From assembly GCA_021604765.1 (NCBI GenBank), contig BQJP01000008.1, positions 918 through 64,917 of the forward strand: a stretch of 64,000 bases of DNA, written 5' to 3'. Below are positions 10,594 to 20,493 of the stretch, piece by piece. The stretch comes from Thermodesulfobacteriota bacterium. Its GTDB lineage: Bacteria; Desulfobacterota_D; UBA1144; Nemesobacterales; UBA2774. A program made the position numbers and the translations under genes. The notes under the pieces are model-generated. The model was not told the origin of the DNA and searched no databases. It worked only from the letters and a program-made list of their open reading frames with translations. Numbering within the stretch: position 1 is the stretch's first letter; the number at the start of each line of letters is the position of its first letter.

Positions 10594-11382
10594 CTAATCA
10601 GGCAGCTTGTTAAGTGCAATTACTGCAAACATAGCACCTTGAGAATCTTTAAGAAATGCCATTCTACCAACATCTGGTAAATCTTTTGCAGGAATTACTA
10701 TTTCACCACCTAATTCAACGGATTCATCCACTATAACATCGCAGTTATTGACGGCAAAATAAACAAACCACACAGGTGGCACACACCATTCTTCCTGTAT
10801 AGGCAACATCCCTGCTGCAGGCCTATCCCCGTTCATTAACATAGTATAGATAATACCATTGAAGTCCATATCTTGCGCTTGCCAGCCAAATAGTTCTGTA
10901 TAAAATTCTTTTGCTTTTTCAGTATCATTTGTTGCAAGCTCATTCCATACCAATGCGCCGTGCTCATTTACAACCTTGGCTCCTATATGCTTCAGAGGCT
11001 GCCATACTGAAAAAATAGCTCCTGTGGGATCTATAATCGCAGCCATTCTTCCGGCATCAAACACATCCATAGGTGAAACTACCATAGCCGCCCCCAATGA
11101 TTCAGCTTTTTCCACCACTTCATCTACATTTGAAACTGATATATAACTAGCCCAATGTGTCGGAATCCCTTGTTCTTTTTGTTCTGGCCACATTTCATAT
11201 AGCGCTGCAGTCTCTTTCCCTCTTATGTGAGCCATGGAATAAACGTTGTCATTGCCAATTGGCACATCAGTAATGTCCCAGCTAAAAAGCTTCGAATAAA
11301 ATTCTTTCGCCTTACCGGAATCTGAAGCTACTAATTCAGGCCAGCAAAAAGTTCCGGGTTTATATTCCGCCATTTCGCTCAT
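10594..11382 (-). CDS. Two-domain VOC (glyoxalase/bleomycin-resistance/dioxygenase) family protein
   Basis: 262 aa with tandem repeats of the …AKEFY..LFGW… VOC module. Confidence 0.65.
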   Translation of the reverse strand: MSEMAEYKPGTFCWPELVASDSGKAKEFYSKLFSWDITDVPIGNDNVYSMAHIRGKETAALYEMWPEQKEQGIPTHWASYISVSNVDEVVEKAESLGAAMVVSPMDVFDAGRMAAIIDPTGAIFSVWQPLKHIGAKVVNEHGALVWNELATNDTEKAKEFYTELFGWQAQDMDFNGIIYTMLMNGDRPAAGMLPIQEEWCVPPVWFVYFAVNNCDVIVDESVELGGEIVIPAKDLPDVGRMAFLKDSQGAMFAVIALNKLPD

Positions 11383-11686
11383 ACTATCTTCCCCCTTGGA
11401 AAAAAGTGGTTTAAGTTAGCAATACATATCAATATTATCACAAAATAGTTAAGATATGATTAAAATGAATATCTACTAAAAAAGACTTAGGGTGATTTTT
11501 AATCACCCTAAGTAAGCCAAGAAGGACCCAAGGTTATGGGTGTGTTACGGATTGGATAAGAGGTGGCATTCTTAGTACAACACTTTAAAATGAAGAAGGT
11601 ATTCAGGAATTATTAAAAACATGTTAATGTCTGAATTCAAATACAGAAATTACTCTAAAATCAAAATCATATTATAGGAGATTAAA

Positions 11687-12100
11687 ATGGCAGAAAGATG
11701 GTTCCTCATCATACTATTGGCGATTGTATGCTTTTCTTTTGGTAGCTTCTTTGGCAAACTGGCTTCATTAAAAGACATTCCGTTTAGGGTCTACTTTTTT
11801 GAAGCTGTAGGGACTCTCACTGTTTTTACAACATTCGTCATTTACTATAGAAACACAATATTTACTAACTTTGCGATTAATTTTCCAGCTCTTTTGATGG
11901 GGCTATGCTGGGGAATTGGGACAGTACTGTTCATCATAGCTCTCAAGTATGCAAAACTCTCAATAGTGGCACCGCTATCAGCAGCATACCCGGCTCTGAC
12001 TGTTATCCTTGCATTAATATTTTTAGGGGAAAAATTGGAATTGAGAGAAATTGCCGGAATTGGATTTGCTATTATATCAGTTGTATTATTGGCAAGATAA
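11687..12100 (+). CDS. EamA/DMT-family small transporter (4 TM)
   Basis: 137 aa with four hydrophobic helices and an EamA-like C-terminus …LIFLGEKLELREIAGIGFAIISVVLL. Confidence 0.6.
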   Translation: MAERWFLIILLAIVCFSFGSFFGKLASLKDIPFRVYFFEAVGTLTVFTTFVIYYRNTIFTNFAINFPALLMGLCWGIGTVLFIIALKYAKLSIVAPLSAAYPALTVILALIFLGEKLELREIAGIGFAIISVVLLAR

Positions 12101-12128
12101 TGTCTGCCAGAGTGTTTTGAATATTAGC

Positions 12129-12833
12129 CTAAATGATGTCAGGCCTATTTGTAACTATTCCACTTACTCCAGTTTTTTTTAAACTCTGAGCTTTCAATGT
12201 CTCATCTACAGTCCAGGTAAACGTTTGCAAACCGTTTTCTCTCGCTCGTTCAACTAAACCTTTTGTAATAAACCAACGAAAGGGTGCAACAACATCCGCA
12301 CCACAATTTTTAGCAAGTCTAACAGGATCTAAAGATGCAAATAAGATTAAGCCGGTTTTAACCTTAGGCTCTAACTCTTTTATCATTTTCAGCCTGTTTG
12401 GTTTAAATGAAACAACAAATGCTTCGTCAAACAACTCATTCTTGCTTATAATATCAACGATCTTGTCTTCAATTCCATTTTCTTTCAATTCAAGAACAAA
12501 CTTGGCTCTACCTCTTCCGCAATCCAGAACTTCATTTAAGGTTGGTACTTTTTCGCCTTTACCGGCATTAAGTTCTTTCAATTCTGATAGTGTTTTTAAA
12601 GCTACAAGCCCCGTACCATCTGTCGTTCTATCTACAGTATTGTCATGTATGACAACTAGATGACCATCTATACTCTGCCGCACATCAAACTCAATCAAAT
12701 CCGTATTTAGATCAATAGCACGTTCAAAAGATCTGAGCGTGTTCTCAGGCTCATAAGCACTAGCACCACGATGAGCAATTTTGAAAAAGAAATTTTGGTC
12801 TTGCATATCAGTCATATTTTTTAGTAAATACAA
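12129..12833 (-). CDS. Glycerophosphodiester phosphodiesterase
   Basis: The motif HRGASAYEPENTLRSFERAIDL…EFDV…HD is canonical for GDPD. Confidence 0.85.
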   Translation of the reverse strand: MYLLKNMTDMQDQNFFFKIAHRGASAYEPENTLRSFERAIDLNTDLIEFDVRQSIDGHLVVIHDNTVDRTTDGTGLVALKTLSELKELNAGKGEKVPTLNEVLDCGRGRAKFVLELKENGIEDKIVDIISKNELFDEAFVVSFKPNRLKMIKELEPKVKTGLILFASLDPVRLAKNCGADVVAPFRWFITKGLVERARENGLQTFTWTVDETLKAQSLKKTGVSGIVTNRPDII

Positions 12834-13613
12834 TTACCGGAAAAGATCATCTTCAGGATTTCTTATAAGCTCCTTTGCTCCTTTTCCTTTAGTCTCGTAT
12901 TCATAACCTCTTACAATTATGACAGGTACAGATTCTGCTTTTTCCATCAGAAGTCCTGCAGCTGATGCTATCTCATCAGCTATAGCCATTACAGTCGCGT
13001 TCAATTCAAAACCCTTTGAATCTGTTTCGCCTCTATAGTCCTTCAAGGCTTTTATACCTGAGCAGCCTATAGCTATATCAACCAGCCCATCACGCCAAGG
13101 TCTTCCCACAGTATCAGTAATAATCACAGCAACTTCAAATCCTAGTTTTTTTTTCAAACCTTCTAAGAGGTTATCTGCAGATTTATCCGAATCTATTGGC
13201 AGTAATGTAACAATATTACCACCTGATACGTTTGAAGTATCAACTCCGGCGTTTGCAGATATAACTCCACCCCTGGTCTCAACTATAAGTCTACCCTTTT
13301 CAGGTTTTCTTTGATCCATCTTGATGATTTTTGTAGTCTCACTAAGTATTACTTCTATTAATCGAGGATCTTTGCTTACTTCTTTCGATAACGTATGGGC
13401 AAAGGGAGAAGGCTCTACTTTGTCCAAATCTACAATCCTATTCTCAGCTTTAGAAATAATTTTTTGAGCAATAACTAGGATATCACCCTGCTCTAATATG
13501 AGCCCTGAATCTGCAACCGCATTACATATTATCTGTACTATATCATCATTCGGTTTAATCTCCGGGATGCCACACACCGGGATTAATGAAATTGATTGTG
13601 TCGATTTTGTCAT
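12834..13613 (-). CDS. CofE/FbiB-N-like F420-0:gamma-glutamyl ligase homolog
   Basis: 259 aa: …IPVCGIPEIKPNDDI…ILVIAQKIISKAENR… matches the CofE family. It abuts the GDPD gene at 12833/12834. Confidence 0.6.
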   Translation of the reverse strand: MTKSTQSISLIPVCGIPEIKPNDDIVQIICNAVADSGLILEQGDILVIAQKIISKAENRIVDLDKVEPSPFAHTLSKEVSKDPRLIEVILSETTKIIKMDQRKPEKGRLIVETRGGVISANAGVDTSNVSGGNIVTLLPIDSDKSADNLLEGLKKKLGFEVAVIITDTVGRPWRDGLVDIAIGCSGIKALKDYRGETDSKGFELNATVMAIADEIASAAGLLMEKAESVPVIIVRGYEYETKGKGAKELIRNPEDDLFR

Positions 13614-13771
13614 TTTTCGTCCAATACCTATTTTATGTAGCTCGCAATCATAATAGTCTAGTATAAATCTATTTCAAGAAGGTCCTCTGAATAAGGCCTA
13701 TCTGCCATATTAATTCATGCTGTATTTATTTCAGATTATAGACTATCCTTTCCAACAGGAAAGAAGACTAA

Positions 13772-14194
13772 ATGAAAGCAACCAAATTAGTAGATACTAT
13801 CCAAAAACTTGTGAAGTTGGCAGACAAAGAATATTACTACAACGAACATAATTTCCAGCTCCGCTTTGAATCTCAAGATTCAAGTTATGTAGTTGGCTCT
13901 AGGCAAAACGGTTGGATATATCTTTCTGTTTACTTTGGCTCCCAAATTGATTTCAAGTTTTATATCGAAAGAGACGGAACGGTTCTTTTGGATGAAGGCA
14001 GTAGTGCCGATTTAGTAGAATACTACGGTCCTGAGTATGTCATAAGTCTAATTAATAATGCGGCAGAGGGTTTACTCATTTTTGGAACTGGAGCAATTGA
14101 ATCAGGGAACTATGAATTTAAAACCATGGAACAAGTAACTGAAGAATTTAATCAGATTAGAAATCCAGTCAAAGAAGAACCTGACAAGCATTAG
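13772..14194 (+). CDS. Hypothetical protein
   Basis: 140-aa ORF with codon usage consistent with its neighbours. No recognisable motif. Confidence 0.4.
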   Translation: MKATKLVDTIQKLVKLADKEYYYNEHNFQLRFESQDSSYVVGSRQNGWIYLSVYFGSQIDFKFYIERDGTVLLDEGSSADLVEYYGPEYVISLINNAAEGLLIFGTGAIESGNYEFKTMEQVTEEFNQIRNPVKEEPDKH

Positions 14195-14216
14195 CACAAA
14201 TTAATATCAACTTAGC

Positions 14217-14771
14217 CTATTTCCACTTAATATTACATCCAATACTTGGTATCTGATCTTCACCTACAGGATCTCCATTTAACAATTTGTTCAGCGCTTC
14301 CCTTATATGCTCTCCAGTAACCGGCTTCCCGTTGCCTGGCCTGGAATGATCCATCTGCCCTCTGTAGACACAAAGCAAATCACCATCGAATATATAAAAG
14401 TCCGGTGTGCATGCCGCGTCATAAGCCTGTGCTACTTCCTGAGTTTCATCAAAAAGATAAGGAAAAGGATAACCCAGGCGCTCCGCATCTTCTTTCATTT
14501 TATCAGGATGATCTGCAGGGTAATTCGCGACATCATTAGAATTTATAGCAATAAAAGAAACGCCATGAGGAATATAATCATTTGCTAATTCTACCAGCCC
14601 TTCCTGCACATGTTTTACGTATGGGCAGTGATTGCATATGAACATAATCACTGTAGCTTTCTCAGAAATAAGCTCATTTAGATGATATTCTGTTTCATCT
14701 ATAGCGTTAATGAGTTTAAATTCCGGAGCTTTTGTACCCAAAGGGAGCATTGTTGATGGTGTTAATGCCAT
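14217..14771 (-). CDS. Thioredoxin-fold protein (AhpC/TSA-like, CxxC)
   Basis: 184 aa with a CNHCP redox motif in a thioredoxin-like context. Confidence 0.7.
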   Translation of the reverse strand: MALTPSTMLPLGTKAPEFKLINAIDETEYHLNELISEKATVIMFICNHCPYVKHVQEGLVELANDYIPHGVSFIAINSNDVANYPADHPDKMKEDAERLGYPFPYLFDETQEVAQAYDAACTPDFYIFDGDLLCVYRGQMDHSRPGNGKPVTGEHIREALNKLLNGDPVGEDQIPSIGCNIKWK

Positions 14772-14801
14772 AATTAATTCTCCTAATTTTAGTTGTGAAT
14801 G

Positions 14802-15212
14802 TTATTCGTCTGAAAAATTTATTTTCTTATGTGACCCATCACAAAAAGGTTTATTTCCTGAGGCTCCGCATCTGCAAAGATAGTACGGATCGTCATTTGA
14901 AATACTCATCTCGTCTTTAATATTTAGTTCTATATCTCCTGATACCTCATAAGGCCCATTCATAAATATTCTGATCGCTCTTCTGCCCTCATCATTGTCT
15001 TGATCACTTTCAGATTTTTCGATTTGACTAGAGAACCTTATCTTTTTATGCGTTCCGTCACAAAAAGGCTTAGTCTGAGAAGCCCCGCATCTACAAAGGG
15101 CAATTCTTTTTTTCACCTCTAACTCATCGCCATTAGAATTGGTTAACGTCTCAAGCTCCTCAACACCTAACGGGCCATCGTCAAATACATTAATACAACA
15201 TTTATCACTCAT
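14802..15212 (-). CDS. Tandem CDGSH iron-sulfur domain protein
   Basis: Two CDGSH motifs: CRCGASQTKPFCDGTH and CRCGASGNKPFCDGSH. Confidence 0.85.
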   Translation of the reverse strand: MSDKCCINVFDDGPLGVEELETLTNSNGDELEVKKRIALCRCGASQTKPFCDGTHKKIRFSSQIEKSESDQDNDEGRRAIRIFMNGPYEVSGDIELNIKDEMSISNDDPYYLCRCGASGNKPFCDGSHKKINFSDE

Positions 15213-15336
15213 ATCCAGCCTCCGAATCCAGGGAATTAATAGCAGAAATAAATTTTACACAGGATGTATTAATTATTCTATCTGTGATTGTAACATAGGA
15301 ATTATTTTACATATTTTACATAAATAAAAAAGCCAC

Positions 15337-15365
15337 TTGACAGACCAGTCTGTCTGTTGTAATAT
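15337..15365 (+). promoter_or_regulatory. Sigma-70 promoter (TTGACA-17-TAATAT) with an inverted-repeat operator ACAGAC-CA-GTCTGT in the spacer
   Basis: TTGACA at 15337-15342, TAATAT at 15360-15365. The inverted repeat at 15341-15354 lies within the spacer. An identical inverted repeat recurs at 15974-15987 upstream of the next gene. Confidence 0.6.
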
Positions 15366-15372
15366 AAAAGTC

Positions 15373-15954
15373 ATGCAGAAAAATGCAAGACTATCGAGCA
15401 AAGACCGGATCATTGAAACCGCTAATGATCTATTTTATCGTCAGGGCTATCATCAAACCGGGATTAACCAGATAATTGAAGAATCCGGTGTTGCTAAAGC
15501 AACTTTTTACAGCAACTTCAAATCTAAAGAGGATCTTGGGGTTGAGTATCTAAGAGAACGCGACCGCATTGATACAAATGCTACCAAAAATACGCTAAAT
15601 GGCATAACTGATCCACATGAAAGGTATATGTCAATAATCAATGGCCTATTAAGATACATGAAAGATACTGATTTCAGGGGATGCGCATTTGGGAATATGG
15701 CTGTAGAGATTACTGATCCCAATCACCCTATGCGCAAGGAAGTGAAGCTGCACGATGACAGATTTCGTTCAATACTAAAGGATGTGATTCAAGACTTGAA
15801 GGATTCAAACCCTAAATACAAGCAGCTAGATGTAGATCAACTGGTTGACACCTATCACCTATTAGTAGAGGGGGCAGTAGTTGCCAGCAAAAATTATAAT
15901 GATACATGGCCAATTGAAAGAGCGGTCAAATTAATCGAAAAATTAGTGAAATAA
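15373..15954 (+). CDS. TetR/AcrR-family transcriptional regulator
   Basis: N-terminal HTH …DLFYRQGYHQTGINQIIEESGVAKATFYSNF… The ORF-track start at 15337 is the TTG inside the -35 box. The true start is ATG 15373 (MQKNAR). Confidence 0.8.
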   Translation: MQKNARLSSKDRIIETANDLFYRQGYHQTGINQIIEESGVAKATFYSNFKSKEDLGVEYLRERDRIDTNATKNTLNGITDPHERYMSIINGLLRYMKDTDFRGCAFGNMAVEITDPNHPMRKEVKLHDDRFRSILKDVIQDLKDSNPKYKQLDVDQLVDTYHLLVEGAVVASKNYNDTWPIERAVKLIEKLVK

Positions 15955-15973
15955 TTTTTTTATACAATTATAG

Positions 15974-15987
15974 ACAGACCAGTCTGT
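15974..15987 (+). promoter_or_regulatory. Second copy of the ACAGACCAGTCTGT operator, upstream of the methyltransferase gene
   Basis: The same 14-bp inverted repeat as at 15341. It lies 27 nt upstream of the ATG at 16015 and 13 nt before the RBS AGGAGG. Confidence 0.55.
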
Positions 15988-16014
15988 TTAATTACAAATC
16001 AGGAGGTATTAGTT

Positions 16015-17094
16015 ATGTGTAGTAACTGTGGAGTTAATATAAACGAAGTAAAATCTGAGCAATTTGCTGAAAAGCTCATGACCATATTAAATCACGGGGC
16101 CATTAATTTAATGATCTCAATCGGCTACCGAACAGGATTATTTGACACGATGAGCAAGCTCGAGCCCTCGACAAGTGAGGAGATCGCAGAGGCTTCTGGT
16201 CTGGACGAACGCTATGTCAGAGAGTGGCTCGGAGCAATGGTAACAGGAGAAATCATAGATTACGACCCAGAGAACAAAACTTATTCTTTGCCTCAAGAGC
16301 ATGGCGCCTGGCTTACTCGAGCTGCCGTACCCAACAATATTGCGGTAACAGCACAGTGGATGTCCGTACTGGGCTCTGTAGAGGACAAAATCGTAGACTG
16401 CTTCAAAAACGGAGGAGGGGTGCCCTACGAAGCTTTTGAGCGCTTCCATGAGGTAATGTCGGACGAGAGCAACCAGACAGTTATAGCACCTCTCTTAGAC
16501 CAAACCCTTCCATTAATACCCGGCATCAAAGAAAAGCTTGAAGAAGGAATCGAGGTTCTGGACGTTGGTTGTGGAAGCGGTTTTGCTCTGGTACATCTGG
16601 CCAAAGAATTTCCAAACAGCCAATTTACCGGATATGACATTTCTCAAGAGGCTGTTGAAAGAGGTATGGCTCACGCAGCAGAGCATGGGTTAAAAAATGT
16701 CAACTTGATCGCTAAAGATGTTGCTAAAATCGATGATGTAGAGAAGTTCGACTTTATTACCACATTTGACGCGGTTCATGATCAGGCAGATCCAGATCGG
16801 GTATTGGTAAATATATACAGGGCTCTAAAAGATGAAGGCATCTATTTAATGCAGGATATTGCCGGTTCAAGTCATGTTCACAACAATATGGACCACCCGC
16901 TTGGGCCACTCCTGTACACAACCTCATGTATGCACTGTATGACTGTCTCACTATCGCAAAATGGTAAAGGTCTAGGAGCAATGTGGGGAAAAGAGCTGGC
17001 AAGTGATATGTTGAAAAGCGCTGGGTTTACTCAAGTAGAGATTAAAGAGTTGCCACATGATCCAATTAACTATTATTACATTGTAAGAAAATAA
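16015..17094 (+). CDS. Class I SAM-dependent methyltransferase with an N-terminal winged-helix-like domain
   Basis: Motif I VLDVGCGSGF, followed by acidic motifs II and III. Confidence 0.75.
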   Translation: MCSNCGVNINEVKSEQFAEKLMTILNHGAINLMISIGYRTGLFDTMSKLEPSTSEEIAEASGLDERYVREWLGAMVTGEIIDYDPENKTYSLPQEHGAWLTRAAVPNNIAVTAQWMSVLGSVEDKIVDCFKNGGGVPYEAFERFHEVMSDESNQTVIAPLLDQTLPLIPGIKEKLEEGIEVLDVGCGSGFALVHLAKEFPNSQFTGYDISQEAVERGMAHAAEHGLKNVNLIAKDVAKIDDVEKFDFITTFDAVHDQADPDRVLVNIYRALKDEGIYLMQDIAGSSHVHNNMDHPLGPLLYTTSCMHCMTVSLSQNGKGLGAMWGKELASDMLKSAGFTQVEIKELPHDPINYYYIVRK

Positions 17095-17098
17095 TGAT

Positions 17099-18643
17099 CT
17101 AGCTATCTTCAAAACGTGGAAAGAGGCTCTGTCCTTTTTCCACGGTCTGGCCAGATTGTATAATACCCCAATCTTTGGTGTCAGATAGAATCTTAGAATT
17201 GATGGGATCCTGAGAACCCAGTCGTTCCCATATCTTCTCTGCAGACTCCGGCATGAAAGGATAAATTAATATTGTTACAACTCCGATCGCCTGAACTATA
17301 GTCCAGAGTACTGTGCCCAATCTTTCCTGATTTTCTTCTTTAGCAAGAGTCCATGGGGCTGACTCATCAACATATTTATTTACATCGGCAATATAATCCC
17401 ATAGCGCAACTAATGCTTTATGAAAAGCAATTTCGTCCATTTCTCTTTCAAAAATATCAACCATCGTAAAAGCTTTATCTCTGACATTTGCGTCATCAGA
17501 ATTAAGATCACCTGCCACAGGAACTTTACCATCAAAATATTTCTCGATCATGCCCAGTGTTCTGCTAACCAAATTACCAAGACCGTTTGCAAGCTCACCG
17601 TTTACCCTTGCGATTATTGCGCTTTTGGAAAAATCACCATCTTGACCAAACGGAATTTCTCTCAGAAGAAAATATCTGAACACATCAGCACCAAATTCCT
17701 CAACGACCTGATAAGGGTCTACAACATTACCAATAGACTTAGACATCTTTTCCCCTTCTACAGTCCACCAACCATGAGCAAAGACTGTTTTGGGAAGCTC
17801 AATACCAGCTGACATTAAAAATGCGGGCCAATATACGGCATGGAACCTCAATATATCCTTACCCACAAGGTGCACATCAGCAGGCCAGTTCTCTTTAAAC
17901 ATTTCCTCGTTATCGGGAAATCCAACACCAGTTATGTAATTCGTAAGAGCATCGAACCAAACATAGATCACATGGTCTGAATTTCCAGGAACTGGAATTC
18001 CCCATGTAAAAGTTGTACGGCTTATGCTAAGATCGCGGAGACCCCCTTCTACAAACCGAGCAACCTCATTTAGCCTGTAACCGGGCTGAACAAATTCGGG
18101 GTGTTTTTTATAGTGTTCAAGTAGAGGTTCCTGATACTTTGAAAGTCTGAAGAAATAACTTTCTTCTTTTACTTTCTCAATTATAGGGCGTTTATCCTCA
18201 GGAATGGTCATAATCTCTTCAAGCTGGGTCTCTGTAATAAAAGCTTCATTCCTTACGTCATACCAGCCTTCATATTCACTGAGGTAAATATCCCCTGCCT
18301 CTTCTACTCTTCTGAAAATCTCTGCTACTGAAATCTTATGTCTCTCTTCGGTAGTTCTAATAAAATCATTATTAGTAATATTGAGCAATCCTGAGAGATC
18401 TTGAAATCTTGTAACCACCTTGTCTGCAAGCTCTATTGGGGTCATACCGTTTGCTTCAGCTGTTGTTTCAATCTTCTGCCCATGCTCGTCAGTCCCTGTA
18501 AGGAAGAAAACATTATTTCCTTGAAGTCTTTTGAACCTGGCAATCACATCAGCGGCAATGGTTGTGTATGCGTGTCCAATATGGGGCACGTCATTTACAT
18601 AATAAATTGGAGTCGTAACATAAAAAGACTTAGACATAAACAT
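17099..18643 (-). CDS. metG: Methionyl-tRNA synthetase (short form)
   Basis: HIGH motif PHIGHAYT and KMSKS motif KMSKSIGN. Confidence 0.9.
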   Translation of the reverse strand: MFMSKSFYVTTPIYYVNDVPHIGHAYTTIAADVIARFKRLQGNNVFFLTGTDEHGQKIETTAEANGMTPIELADKVVTRFQDLSGLLNITNNDFIRTTEERHKISVAEIFRRVEEAGDIYLSEYEGWYDVRNEAFITETQLEEIMTIPEDKRPIIEKVKEESYFFRLSKYQEPLLEHYKKHPEFVQPGYRLNEVARFVEGGLRDLSISRTTFTWGIPVPGNSDHVIYVWFDALTNYITGVGFPDNEEMFKENWPADVHLVGKDILRFHAVYWPAFLMSAGIELPKTVFAHGWWTVEGEKMSKSIGNVVDPYQVVEEFGADVFRYFLLREIPFGQDGDFSKSAIIARVNGELANGLGNLVSRTLGMIEKYFDGKVPVAGDLNSDDANVRDKAFTMVDIFEREMDEIAFHKALVALWDYIADVNKYVDESAPWTLAKEENQERLGTVLWTIVQAIGVVTILIYPFMPESAEKIWERLGSQDPINSKILSDTKDWGIIQSGQTVEKGQSLFPRFEDS

Positions 18644-18717
18644 TAATCTCCATAATATTTCTTCTTCCCTTCATTAGAAACTCTCTTAATTAGAAACTCA
18701 AGGACTATGATAATACC

Positions 18718-19719
18718 CTAACTAGCTATCCTTATAAAAAGATTCTCAAATGAAAGCTGTTTGTTCGCATTTAAATGGTAAATATCATTTTGGGTTTTCT
18801 CTAAAGCACCCATTTTATCTAAAATGTTATCAAGGTCCCATTTCTGTGCTATTTGATTACTTGGTTCTATCAAATCTATATTTGTAATCCCTGTCTTATC
18901 TGAATCAGTCTTTATTAACATAAGATCGCGAAGCCACAGCGAAATAAATTCAAAAGCAAGGGTCATTCTCTCCATATCTTCAGGAGTCGAGGTGAGAGGC
19001 ATATATTCAGCCAGCCCTATAACCCTCATAGCAGAGTGAGGCTTGAGGTGCATTAAAAATTGAATCAATTCTTTTCTCCACTTTATCAAATCGCTATCCA
19101 TCATAAAAGCTCTGCCAAGACTACCATTTGATAACTTTGAGCATATATGAGCTTCTTCTAATGAAAGCTCGCCCCTTTTTTTGAGTTCATTAAAAACCAA
19201 TTCTTCAGGTAAAGCATTGAACCTGATGAGCTGACATCTGGAACGTATTGTTGGCAAAAGAGAATCCGGATTTGAGGTAATAAGAATTATTACTGAATTT
19301 GGAGGCGGCTCTTCGAGTGTTTTTAAGAACGCATTTTGCGCTCCATTGCTCATTCTTTCAGCTTCATCAACTATTACAACTTTGTATTTACCTTCAAAGG
19401 ATTTAAGAAAAAGCCTATCTTCAACTCCCTCTCTAATCTGCTCCACCTTGATATTTTTAACCCCTTCGAACTGAACGTAAATTACGTCAGGGTGGATGCC
19501 TTTGTCTATTTTTGAACATGAGCTGCAATCACAGCCATCTGACTCAAGTGAACTACCAGTCTGACAATTTATTAATTTAGCAAATTCATTTGCTACAAGT
19601 TTTTTACCAATGCCGTCAGGACCAAAAAACAAATATGAATGAGAAATAAGATTCTCACTTACTGCTCTTTTTAATATTTCCTTTTGAAAATCATGTCCTT
19701 TTATTTCATCGTTGAACAT
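18718..19719 (-). CDS. holB: DNA polymerase III delta' subunit
   Basis: …HSYLFFGPDGIGKK…, a zinc module CQTGSSLESDGCDCSSC, and SRC…. Confidence 0.8.
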   Translation of the reverse strand: MFNDEIKGHDFQKEILKRAVSENLISHSYLFFGPDGIGKKLVANEFAKLINCQTGSSLESDGCDCSSCSKIDKGIHPDVIYVQFEGVKNIKVEQIREGVEDRLFLKSFEGKYKVVIVDEAERMSNGAQNAFLKTLEEPPPNSVIILITSNPDSLLPTIRSRCQLIRFNALPEELVFNELKKRGELSLEEAHICSKLSNGSLGRAFMMDSDLIKWRKELIQFLMHLKPHSAMRVIGLAEYMPLTSTPEDMERMTLAFEFISLWLRDLMLIKTDSDKTGITNIDLIEPSNQIAQKWDLDNILDKMGALEKTQNDIYHLNANKQLSFENLFIRIAS

Positions 19720-19756
19720 TTGTATCTCTTTAATCCGTATAATCGACGAGAAGTTA

Positions 19757-20377
19757 TTAACTTTCCTTTGCGATCGAATTTATTACAATGCCACTTATCT
19801 CTTCATGAATTTCTGAACTATCTCTATCACCATTTATCTTCTTTATTCTCTCCGGCTCTCTTCTAGCTAATAACATATAACCCTGTCTTATGGTCTCATG
19901 AAACTCCAATGGCTCTTCATCCATTTTAGTTATGTCTCCTCTAGTTTGCAGCCGTGTAAGACCGGTCCTTACAGGAAGATTCAATAAAAAAGTGATATTT
20001 GGAATCAGATCAAGAGTTGAAGCTGTTGCAATCTTGTTAACTAACCGCTTATCAAGTTTTCTGCCGTGACCCTGATATACTAGAGTCGAGTCAAAATATC
20101 TGTCACAGATTACGATCTCACCATCTTGAAGTTTGGGCTTGATAAAGTCTCTAACGTGCTGAGCTCTATCGGCGCAGAAAAGACAGAGCTCTGAAAAAGG
20201 GTCGAGATCTAGATCCCTTTCATCAAGTATCATCTTTCTGATTAACTCTCCCAAGCGCCCCCAACCAGGCTCACGTGTTAAAGTGACTTTATATCCGCGT
20301 TCAGAAAGGAATTCTACTAGAAGTTTGGCTTGAGTACTCTTTCCACTCCCCTCTACACCTTCAAATGTAATAAACAT
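19757..20377 (-). CDS. tmk: Thymidylate kinase
   Basis: FITFEGVEGSGKSTQ P-loop with …DRY… The tmk-holB-metG order is conserved in many bacteria. Confidence 0.9.
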   Translation of the reverse strand: MFITFEGVEGSGKSTQAKLLVEFLSERGYKVTLTREPGWGRLGELIRKMILDERDLDLDPFSELCLFCADRAQHVRDFIKPKLQDGEIVICDRYFDSTLVYQGHGRKLDKRLVNKIATASTLDLIPNITFLLNLPVRTGLTRLQTRGDITKMDEEPLEFHETIRQGYMLLARREPERIKKINGDRDSSEIHEEISGIVINSIAKES

Positions 20378-20493
20378 AATTAGATTTACCTTTTAGATTT
20401 ACCTTTGGAAACTAGAATTAAGACAAACTGGCAATTTAACTCAGAATCACCAGAGAATCCTACCATAATTCTTACTATTGATACAGGCAATTT

